In this document: positions 1 to 9,912 of the stretch, piece after piece | Layout: every line of letters starts with the position of its first letter | Numbering within the stretch: position 1 is the stretch's first letter | NCBI GenBank assembly: GCA_030390025.1 | Contig: CM059431.1 | Location: 159,761,429-159,781,428 of the forward strand | Reading direction: 5' to 3' | DNA length: 20,000 nucleotides | Origin: Squalus acanthias | Taxonomy: Eukaryota | Position numbers and translations under genes: made by a program | The notes under the pieces: generated by a model | Told to the model about the DNA's origin: nothing | Databases searched by the model: none | Seen by the model: only the letters and a program-made list of their open reading frames with translations

Positions 1-1260
1 CCCAACCCCCTGCCACATTAGTTTAAATCCTCCCCAACAGCACTAGCAAACACTCCACTAGGACAGCTGTCCCGGCCCTGCCCAGGTGCAGACCGTCCGG
101 TTTGTACTGGTCCCACCTCCCCCAGAACCGGTTCCAATGTCCCAGGAATTTGAATCCCTCCCCCTTGCACCATTCCTCTAGACACGTATTCATTTGAAAT
201 ATCCTCCTATTTCTACTCTGACTAGCACGTGGCACTGGTAGCAATCCTGAGATTACTACCTTTGAGGTCCTACTTTTTTAATTTACCTCCTAACTCCCTA
301 TATTCTGCTTTTAGGACCTCATCCCCTTTTTTACCTATATCGTTGGTGCCTATGTGCACCACGACAGCTGGCTGTTCGCCCTCCCCCTCCAAAATGTTCT
401 GTAGCCGCTCCGAGACGTCCTTGACCCTTGCACCAGGGAGGCAACACACCATCCTGCAGTCTCGGTTGCGGCCGCAGAAACGCCTATCTATTCCCCTTAC
501 AATTGAGTCCCCTATCACTATAGCTCTTCCATTCTTTTTCCTCCCAGCCTGTGCAGCAGAGCCGCCCATGGTGCCAGGAATTTGGCTGCTGCTGCCTTCC
601 CCTAAGTCATCCCCCCCAACAGTATCCAAAGCGGTATATCTGTTTGAGAGGGGGATGGCCACAGGGGACCCCTGCACTACCTGCCTGCACCTCCTACTCT
701 GCCTGGTGGTCATCCATTCCCTTCCTGCCTGTACACACTTCACCTGCGGTGTGACCAACTCACTAAACGTGCTATCCACGAGGTTCTCAGCATCGCGAAT
801 GCTCCAATATGCATCCAGCCGCAGCTCCAGCGCCGCAATGCGGGCTGTCAGTAGCTGAAGCTGGAAACACTTCCCGCACACATGGTCGTCAGGGACACTG
901 GAAGGGTCCCTGATTTCCCACATAGAGCAGAAGGAGCACAACACGGGGCTGGGCTGTCCTGCCATGAATTACCCTTTAATTAATTGAACTTTAATTAAAT
1001 CAAATCAATACCACCAATTTCACTCAATTAAATGAATTACTCAAGGGCCCTTGGTTACTAGCACTAGAAATTATAATCACAAAATTAAGATCTTCGAAAC
1101 TTTATAAACTATGAACCTTAACTATCAAACTATAAAGTAGTATAAATACTAACCGGCCGTACTCACCCAATCAGTCGCTCCCTCCTCCCCACGTCACGTT
1201 TTGAATCGTAACGTGGCTCTGGAAGTCCGCCGCCGTTCTGAGATTGGTAAACCTCTGCAA
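1..1260 (-). mobile_element. CR1-clade LINE, 5' portion (putative 5'UTR plus ORF1); ORF2 would lie beyond the left edge of the window
   Basis: ORF1 has the CR1-type architecture and is homologous to the ORF1 remnant at 17207-17716, which is linked to a CR1 ORF2. Non-repeat sequence continues upstream of the ATG (965) to the satellite at ~1270. The 5' boundary is approximate. Confidence 0.85.
18..965 (-). pseudogene. CR1 ORF1p (N-terminal zinc finger/leucine zipper plus SGNH/GDSL esterase-like domain), frameshifted
   Basis: CxxC..CxxC (CSFC, CGKC) followed by a heptad Leu region, then GDSIVRG, PGA, HIGTND and DGLHL SGNH motifs. Removing one T from the T6 run at 274-279 joins ORF 270-965 to ORF 23-244 (KLKSRTSKVVISGLLPVPRA). 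A second indel near 55-60 restores ...VFASAVGEDLN* with the stop at 18-20. Confidence 0.85.
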
Positions 1261-4186
1261 ACTAAAGCCCGCATATACTGTAAGTGTAGGGGAAACACTA
1301 CTACTGGAGGAGATGGTCACATGTAGAGTAACTGTAGGGAACCACTATTACAGGAGGAGCAAGGTCACATATAATGTAAGTGTAGGGAACCACTAGTACT
1401 GGAGGAGATGGTCACATGTAGAGTAACTGTAGGGAACCACTAGTACTGGAGGAGTATGGTCACATATAATGTAAGTGTAGGGAACCACTAGTACTGGAGA
1501 AGCATGGTCAAATATAGAGTACGTGTAGGGAATCACTAGTACTGGAGGAGCTGGTCACATATAGTGTAAGTGTAGGGAACCATTAGTACTGGAGTACATG
1601 GTAACATATAGTGTCAGTGTAGGGAACCACTAGTACTGGAGGAGCATTGTCACATATAGTGTAAGTGTAGGGAACCAACAGTACTGGAATAGCAGGATCA
1701 CATGTAGCGTAAGTGTAGGGAACCACAAGTAATGGAGGAGCATGGACACATATAGTGTAAGTGTAGGGAACCACTAGTACTGGAGGAGCACGGTCACATA
1801 TAGAGTGAGTGTAGGGAACCACCAGTACTGGAGGAGCACGGTGACATATAGCGTAAGTGTAGGGAATCACTAGTACTGGAGGAGCACGGTCACATATAGA
1901 GTAAGTGTAGGGAACCACTAGTACTGGAGGAGGAGGATCACATAGAGAGTAAGTTTAGGGAAACACTAGTACTGGAGGAGCACGGTCCCATATAGAGTAA
2001 GTTTAGGGATCCTCTAGTACTGGAAGAGCATGGTCTCATATAGAGTAAGTGTAGGGAACCATTAGTACTGGTGGAGCATTATCAAAAATAGAGTAAGTGT
2101 AGGGAACCGCTAGTACTGGAGGAGCACGGTCACAAATAGAGTAATTGTAGGGAACCACTTGTAATGGAGGAGCTGGTCACATATAGTGTAAGTGTGGGGT
2201 AACACCAGTACTGGAGGAGCACGGTTACATATAGTGTAAGTTGAGGGAACAATTAGTAATGGAGGAGCAGGGTCACATATAGTGTAAGTGTAGGGAACCA
2301 ATAGTACTAGAGTAACATGTTCACATGTAGAGTAAGTGTAGGGAAACACTACTACTAGAGGAGCTTGTCTCATATAGTGTAAGTGTAGGGAACCACTAGT
2401 ACTGTAGGAGCATGGTCACATATAGAATAAGTGTAGGGAACCACTAGTACTGGAGGGGCATGCTCACATATAGAATAAGTGTAGGGAACCACTAGTACTG
2501 GAGGGGCATGCTCACATACAGTGTAAGTGTAGGGAAACCCTAGTACTGGAAGAGCAAGGTCACTTATCCTGTAAGTGTGGGGAACCACTAGTACTGGAAG
2601 AGCTGTTCACATATTGAGTAAGTGTAGGGATCCACGAGTACTGGGGGGGCATGATCACATTTCGTGTAAAAGTTGGGAACCACTAGTACTTTTGGAGCAT
2701 GGTCACATATATTGTAAGTTTAGGTAAACACTAGTACTGGATTAGCACGGTCACATATAGTGTCAGTGTGGGGAACCACTAGTACTGGATTAGCACGGTC
2801 ACATATAGAGTAAGTGTAGGGAACCATTAGTAGTAGAGGAGCATTGTCACATATCGAGTAAGTGTAGGGAACCACTAGCAGTGGAGGAGCATGATCTCAT
2901 ATAGTGTAAGTGTAGTGAACCACTAGCAGTGGAGGAGCATGTTCTCACATAGTGAAAGCGTAGGGAACCATTAGTACTAGAGGCGCATGGTCACATATGG
3001 TGTAAGTGTGGGGAACCATTAGTACAGGAGGAGATGGTAAGATATAGTGTAAGTGTAGGGAACCACTCGTACTGGAGGAACATGTTTACATGTAGAGTAA
3101 GTGTAGGGAAACACTACTACTAGAGGAGCTGGTCTCATATATTGTTAGTGTAGGGACCCATTACTACTGGAGGAGCATGGTCACATATTGGGTAAGTGTG
3201 GGGAACCACTAGTGCTGGAGGAGGACGGTAACATATAGTGTAAGTGCATGGAACCATTAGTACTGGAAGAGCAGGTTCACATTTCGTGTAAGTGTAGCGT
3301 ACAACTAGTACTGGAGGAGAATGGTCACATATAGTGTAAGTGTAGGGAACCACTAGTACTGGAGGAGCACGATCACATATAGAGTAAGTGTAGGGAACCA
3401 TTAATACTGGAGGACATGGTAACATATAGTGTAAGTGTAGGGAACCACTAGTAAAGGAGGAGAATGGTAACATATAGAGTAAGTGTAGGGAACTACTAGT
3501 ACTGGAGGAGGACGGTCACATATAGTGTATGTGTATGGAACCACCAGTACTGGAAGAGCATGATCACATATAGTGTAAGTGTAGGGAACCACTAGTACTG
3601 GAGGAGCATGTTCACATATAGAGTAAGTGTAGGGAACCACTAGTACTGGAAGAGCATGATCACATATAGTATAAGTGTAGGGAACCACTAGTACTGGAGG
3701 AGCATGGTCATATATAGTGTAAGTGTAGGGAACCACTAGTACTGGGGAGCACGGTCACATATAGTATAAGTGTAGGGAACCACTAGTACTGGAAGAGCAG
3801 GGTCACATATAGTGTAAGTGTAGGGAACCACTTGTACTGGAAAAGCATGGTCACATATAGAGTAATGTAGGGAACCACGAGTACTGGAGCAGCACGGTAA
3901 CATATAGTGTAAGTGTAGGGAACCATTAGTACTGGGGGAGCACGGTCACATATAGTATATGTGTAGGAAACCACTAGTACTGGAAGAGCAGGGTCACATA
4001 TAGTGTAAGTGTAGGGAACCACTAGTACTGGAGGAGCACGGTCACATACAGTGTAAGTGAAGGGAACCAATTGTACTGGAGGACATGGTCACATATATTG
4101 TAAGTGTGGGGATCCACTATTACTGGAGGAGCATGGTCACATATAGAGTAAGTGTAGGGAACCACTAGTACTGGATCAGCATGGTC

Positions 4187-4956
4187 CAACGGACGCTGAA
4201 AAACGCCCTCATAAGAACGGGATATGATGCTCGACACATCGATCGACAGTTCCGACGGGCCACAGCGAAAAATCGCATAGACCTCCTCAGAAGGCAAACA
4301 CGGGACACAACCAACAGGGTACCCTACGTCGTCCAGTACTTCCCCGGAGCGGAGAAACTACGCCATGTTCTTCGCAGCCTCCATCATGTCATCGATGACG
4401 ACGAACAACTCGCTAAGGCCATCCCCACGCCTCCACTACTTGCCTTCAAACAGCCGCCTAACCTCAGAAGTACCATCGTTCGCAGCAAATTACCCAGCTT
4501 TCAGGATAACAGCGACCACGACACCACACAACCCTGCCACGGCAACCTCTGCAAGACATGCCAGATCATCAACACAGATACCATCATCACACGTGAGGAC
4601 ACTACCCACCAGGTACATGGTACATACTCATGTGACTCGACAACGTTGTCTACCTCATACGTTGCAGGAAAGAATGCACCACGGCATGGTACATCGGCGA
4701 GACCATGCAGACACTGAGACAACGTATGAACGGACACCGCACAACAATCACCAGGCAGGAGTGTTCCCTCCCAGTCGGGGAACACTTCAGCAGTCAAGGA
4801 CATTCAGCCTCGGATCTGCGGGTCAGCGTTCTCCAAGGCGGCCTTAGAAACACACGACAACGCAAAATCATCGAGCAGAAACTGATAGCCAAGTTCCGCA
4901 CTCATGAGGACGGCCTCAACCGGGATCTTGGGTTTATGTCACGATACATGACGTGA
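4187..4956 (+). pseudogene. PLE ORF C-terminal remnant: thumb/linker plus GIY-YIG endonuclease, one frameshift
   Basis: ORF 4181-4717 gives ..GY..P(Y)VVQY..FKQPPNLR..CHGNLCKTC. A 1-nt deletion at ~4640 shifts into NVVYLIRCRKECTTAWYIGETMQTLRQRMNGH (VVY 4645-4653, YIG 4690-4698), which continues through ORF 4705-4956 (..EHF..E..I..GLN). Confidence 0.88.
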
Positions 4957-5264
4957 TCCAGACTCGAGTCGTCGTTGGCTTGTTAACAGATGTGATTCCC
5001 AGTAAAAAAGTAAATTTTTTTAAAGTTTATCGTTTCCCATACTGCGGCTTTTGACACATTGGACCCCCTGTGGCTCCACCTCATTGTCTCAGTTGTATCT
5101 TGCTATCTCTTTGATGTGGTACTTTCCTGGCTGACCTGATTGCCTTTTGTCACACCTCGGCAGATAAACTTTCAGAATGATTTAAATGTAGTCGTCTGCT
5201 TTTGTAAGTAACACATGCATTGTTCTCTATCTATATATGCTTTGCGATTCTGTATCTCTTTACT

Positions 5265-5305
5265 TCACCTGAGGAAGGGGCCACGTAAGCTCCGAAAGCT
5301 TGTGA
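5265..5305 (+). ncRNA. Minimal type I hammerhead ribozyme motif in the PLE terminal repeat
   Basis: TCAC (stem I) CTGAGGA A GGGGC-cacgtaa-GCTCC (stem II) GAAA GC TT GTGA (stem I). Both conserved cores, CUGANGA and GAAA, are present. The stem III region is the palindrome AAGCTT. Predicted cleavage is after 5301. Confidence 0.8.
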
Positions 5306-8300
5306 TTTCAAATAAAACTGTTGGACTATAACCTGGTGTTGTGCGACTTCACATATAGAGTAAGTGTAGGGAACCACTAGTACTGGAGGAGCACGGTCAC
5401 ATATAGAGTAAGTGTAGGGAACCACTAGTACTGGAGGAACATGTTCACATGTAGAGTAAGTGCAGGAAACCATTCGTACTGGAGGAGCACGGTCACATAC
5501 AGTGTAAGTGTAGGGAACGACTAATACTGGAGGAGCATGGTCACATGTAGAGTAAGTGTAGGGAAACAATACTACTAGAGGAGCTGGTCACATATTGTGT
5601 AAGTGTAGGGAACTACTAGTACTGGAGGAGCAATTTCACATCTAGTGTAAGTGTAGGGAACCACTAGTACTGGAGGAACATGTTCACATGTAGAGTAAGT
5701 GTACGGAAACAATACTACTAGAGGAGCTGGTCACATATAGTGTAAGTGTAGGGAACCATTAGTACTGGAGGAGCATGCTCACATATAGTGTAATTGTAAG
5801 GAACCATTAGTACTGGAGGAGCACGGTCACATATAGTGAAAGTGTAGGGAACCATTCGTACTGGAGGAGCATTGTCACATATAGAGTAAGTGCAGGAAAC
5901 CATTCGTACTGGAGGAGCATTGTCACATATAGAGTAAGTGCAGGAAACCATTCGTACTGGAGGAGCATTGTCACATATAGAGTAAGTGCAGGAAACCATT
6001 CGTACTGGAGGAGCACGGTCACATTTAGTGTGAGTTTAGGGGAACCACATGTATTGGAGGTGCATGGTCACATATAGAGTAAGTGTAGGGAACCACTAGT
6101 ACTGGAGGAGCTGGTCACATATAGTGTAAGTGTAGGGAACCATTAGTCCTGGAGGACATAGTAACATATAGTGTCAGTGTAGGGAACCATTAGTACTGGA
6201 GGAGCATTGTCACATATAGAGTAAGTGTAGGGAACCACTAGTACTGGAAGAGCAGGATCACATATAGTGTAAGTGTAGGGAACCATTAGTACTGGAGGCG
6301 CATGGTCACATCTAGTGTAAGTTTAGGGAATCACTAGTACTGAAGGAGCTGGTCACATATAGAGTAAGTTTAGGGAATCACTAGTACTGAAGGAGCTGGT
6401 CACATATAGAGTAAGTTTAGGGAACCACTAGTACTGGAAGAGCATGGTCTCATATAGAGTAAGTGAAGGGATCCAATAGTACTGGAAGAGCATGGTCTCA
6501 TATACAGTAAGTGTAGGGAACCATTAGTACTGGAGGTGCGTTATCACAAATAGAGTAAGTGTAGGGAACCACTGGTACTGCAGTAGCACGGTCACAAATA
6601 GAGTAACTGTAGGGCACCACTTTTACTGGAGGAGCTGGTCACATATAGTGTAAGTGTGGGGTGCCACCAGTACTGGAGGAGCACGGTTACATATAGTGTA
6701 AGTGTAGGGAACAATTAGTAATGGAGGAGCAGGGTCACATATTGTGTAAGTGTAGGGAACCACTAGTACTGGAGGAACATGTTCACATATAGAGTAAGTG
6801 TAGGGAAATAATACTACTAGAGGAGCTGGTCACATATAGTGTAAGTGTAGGGAACCATTAGTACTGGAGGAACATGTTCACATGTAGAGTAAGTGTAGGG
6901 AAATAATACTACTAGAGGAGCTGGTCACATATAGTGTAAGTGTAGGGAACCATTAGTACTGGAGGAGCAATTTCACATATAGTGTAAGTGTAGGGAAGCA
7001 TTATTACTGGAGGAGCACGGTCACATATTCAGTAAGTGTAGCGAACCACTAGTAATGGAGGAGCACGGTCACATATAGTGTAAGTGTGGGGAACCACTAG
7101 TGCTGGAGGAGCACGGTCACATATAGTGTAAGTGAATGGAAACATTAGTACTAGAAGAGCAGGTTCACATTTAATTTAAGTGTAGCGAACCACTAGTACT
7201 GGAGGAGCATGTTCTCGCATAGTGAAAGTGTAGGGAACCATTAGTACTAGAGAAGCATTGTCACATATCGAGTAAGTTTAGCGGAACCACCTGCACTGGA
7301 GGAGCATGATCACATATAGTGTAAGTGTAGGGAACAAATAGTACTGGAGGAGCTGGTCTCATGTCGAATAAGTGTAGGGAACCACTAGTACTGGAGGAGC
7401 TGGTCACATACAGTGTAAGTCTAGGGAACCATTAGTACTGGAGGACATGGTAGAATATAGTGTCAGTGTAGGGAACCACAAGCACTGGAAGAGCAGGATC
7501 ACATATAGTGTAAGTGTAGGGAACCACTAGTACTGGAGGAGCATGGTCACTTATAGTGTAAGTGTAGGGAATCACTGGTACTGGGGGGCATGCTCACATA
7601 CAGTGTAAGTGTAGGGAAAAACAAGCAATGGAGGAGCACGGTCACATATAGTGTAAGTGTAGGGAAAAACAAGTAATGGAGGAGCACGGTCACATATAGT
7701 GTAAGTGTGGGGAACCAGTAGTACTGCAGGAGCACGGTAACATATAGTGTAAGTGCATGGAACCATTAGTACTGGAAGAGCAGGTTCACATTTAATTTAA
7801 GTGTAGGGAACCGCTAGTACAGGACGAGCATGGTCACATATAGTGTTAGTGTGGGGAACCACTAGTACTGGAGGAGCATGTTCTCACATAGTGAAAGTGC
7901 AGGGAACCATTAGTACTAGAGGAGCATTTCACATATCGAGTAAGTGTAGGGAACCACTAGTACTGGAGGAGCATGGACACATATAGAGTAAGTGTAGGGA
8001 ACCTTTCGTACTGGAGGAGCACGGTCACATATAGAGTAAGTGGCTGGAACCATTAGTACTGGAGGAGCATGATCACATATAGAGTAAGTGTAGGGAACAA
8101 ATAGTACAGGAGCAGCTGGTCACATATAGTTTAAGTGTAGGGAACCACTAGTACTGGAAAAGCAGGATCACATATAGTGTAAGTGTAGGGAACCACTAGT
8201 ACTGGTGGAGCATGGTCACATGTAGAGTAAGTGTAGGGAACCACTAGTACTGGAAGACATGGTAACATATATTGTCAGTGTAGGGAACCACTAATACTGG

Positions 8301-8420
8301 AGGAGGACGGTCACATATAGAGTAAGTTTAGGGAACCACTAGTACTGGAGGAGCATGGTCATATATAGTGTAAGTGTAGGGAACCACTAGTAATGGAGGA
8401 GCACGGTAACATACAGTGTA

Positions 8421-8535
8421 TGATGTGGAGATGCCGGCGTTGGACTGGGGTGGACAAAAATGAGAAGTCGCACAACACCAGGTTATTAAATAAATCTGTT
8501 GGACTATAACCTGGTGTTGTGCGACTTCTCATTTT
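8421..8535. mobile_element. 115-bp fold-back remnant of the same PLE terminus, with 11-bp TSD
   Basis: Shares TGTTGGACTATAACCTGGTGTTGTGCGACTTC with 5319-5350. Contains a perfect 30-bp inverted repeat (8457-8486 / 8506-8535, 19-nt spacer) and is flanked by CATACAGTGTA at 8410-8420 and 8536-8546. Confidence 0.88.
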
Positions 8536-9539
8536 CATACAGTGTAAGTATACGGAACCACTAGTACTGGAGGAGCACGGTCACATATAGAGTAAGTGTA
8601 GGGAACCACTAGTACTGGTGGAGCACGGTCACATATAGAGTAAGTGTAGGGAACCATTAGTACTGGAGGAGCACGGTCACATATAGTGTGAATGTAGGGA
8701 TCCACTAGTACTGGGGGGGTTTGGTCACATATTGAGCAAGTGTAGGGAACCACTAGTACTGGAGGAGCACGGTCACAGATAGAGTAAGTGTAGGGAACCA
8801 TTAGTACTGGAGGAGCACGGTCACATATTGTGTAAGTGTAGGGAACCATTAGTACTGGAGGAGCATTATAACAAATAGAGTAAGTGTATGGAACCACTAG
8901 TAATGGAGGTGCACGGTCACATATTGTGTAAGTGTGGGGAACCATTAGTACAGGAGGAGCTGGTCAGATATAGTATAAGTGTAGGGAACCACTTTACTGG
9001 AGGAGCACGGTCACACATAGAGTAAGTGTAGGGAACCATTAGTACTGGAAGACATGGTAACATATATTGTCAGTGTAGGGAACCACTAGTACTGGAGGAG
9101 CTTGGTCACATATAGAGTAAGTGTAGGGAACCACTAGTAATGGAGGAGCATGGTCACATATAGAGTAAGTGTAGGGAACCACTAGTACTGGAGGAGCACG
9201 GTCTCATATAGAGTAAGTGTAGGGAACCACTAGTACTGGAGGAGCACGGTCTCATATAGAGTAAGTGTAGGGAACCATAAGTACTGGAGGAGCACGGCCA
9301 CATATAGTGTAAGTGTAGGGAACTACTAGTACAGGAGGAGCACGGTCACATATAGTGTAAGTGTAGGGAACCACTAGTACTAGAGGAGCAATTTTGAAGA
9401 ATTTTTTTTTGATTTTTTTTTAAACTGTCCAGTAACCATTTCACTAATTTTCTCAAATGAAAGTGTCAGACAAAATGCAACTTAACTGATTCTATTTGTT
9501 AAATGACTGTAACTAATGCTAATGATGTTGTAACCTGAC

Positions 9540-9572
9540 TGACTCACTGGAGGATTGATGTGAGTATAAATA
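9540..9572 (+). promoter_or_regulatory. Putative core promoter of the GPCR gene: AP-1 site (TGACTCA 9540-9546) and TATA box (TATAAATA 9565-9572)
   Basis: Consensus motifs lie 80-110 bp upstream of the ATG at 9652, with no intervening ATG. There is no transcript evidence. Confidence 0.5.
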
Positions 9573-9651
9573 TAGGTTCCCTTTCTTCTCCTCTGCCGTG
9601 CGCTGGTCAGAGTCTGTCATCTCCGACAGAATTCTCGCATTCTCACGGAAA

Positions 9652-9721
9652 ATGAGCCGACCAATTATTCTGCAGATAAAGGAGATTTACTACCCGATTC
9701 TCGCGGCGGTCGGTGTCCCGG
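9652..9721 (+). CDS. GPR139-like class A GPCR, coding exon 1 (MSRPIILQIKEIYYPILAAVGVP plus 1 nt)
   Basis: ATG in an AAAATGA context, 23 codons plus G, then the donor GTGAGC at 9722. It supplies the YY..L...G.P first half of TM1 and is phase-compatible with exon 2 (G+CG = Ala, giving GVPANLVT). It is absent from the ORF track. Confidence 0.88.
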
Positions 9722-9912
9722 GTGAGCCATTGTGACCTGTTTGTTGTTAATAGGTGTTAACTGTCTCCCTTTTCACACAGCCTGTTGGATAAGGTAACGA
9801 GTTTCCCCGGATGTCAGCATTATATAGTCGGCATTTACGGGAAAAATATGGGGAACCGCGTGTCCTCACTCCCCCCTTCCCTTTAATCATATAAACTCAC
9901 TGATGTGACAAT

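Larger units (their letters stand above)
4187..5350 (+). mobile_element. Penelope-like retroelement (probably Neptune group), 5'-truncated, inserted into a satellite monomer
   Basis: Encodes the post-RT region, a Cys linker and a GIY-YIG endonuclease, followed by a 3' non-coding region with a hammerhead motif and AATAAA (5311-5316). The flanks rejoin into one monomer: ...GCATGGTC | ACATATAGAG... Confidence 0.9.
1272..9394. repeat. 48-bp tandem satellite/minisatellite, ~140 monomers, consensus GTAAGTGTAGGGAACCACTAGTACTGGAGGAGCAYGGTCACATATAGW; interrupted at 4187-5350 and 8421-8535
   Basis: Head-to-tail monomers are directly visible. The 16-aa periodicity of the minus-strand ORFs (PYTYSICDRAPPVLVV) confirms 48 bp, and 47-bp deletion variants are frequent. 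Copy number was estimated from length divided by 48. Confidence 0.97.

Noticed and set aside
229..858. 209-aa plus-strand ORF, and similar ORFs at 13597, 14311, 14662, 15610, 16338, 16873 and 19030
   Set aside because: These are antisense shadows of CR1 ORF1/ORF2 with no independent protein features.
4181..4186. ATG start creating a satellite-PLE fusion gene
   Set aside because: The ATG belongs to the satellite monomer (GCATGGTC) and is in frame by chance. The ORF frameshifts before the GIY-YIG motif.
1583..8945. Repetitive protein (VVPYTYTICDHAPPVL)n on the minus strand
   Set aside because: The frame is open only because 48 is a multiple of 3. Frequent 47-bp monomers and the PLE insertions break it repeatedly, and the ORFs mostly begin at non-ATG starts.
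1272..9394. CRISPR array
   Set aside because: Monomers are contiguous with no unique spacers, there are no cas genes, and the context is vertebrate.
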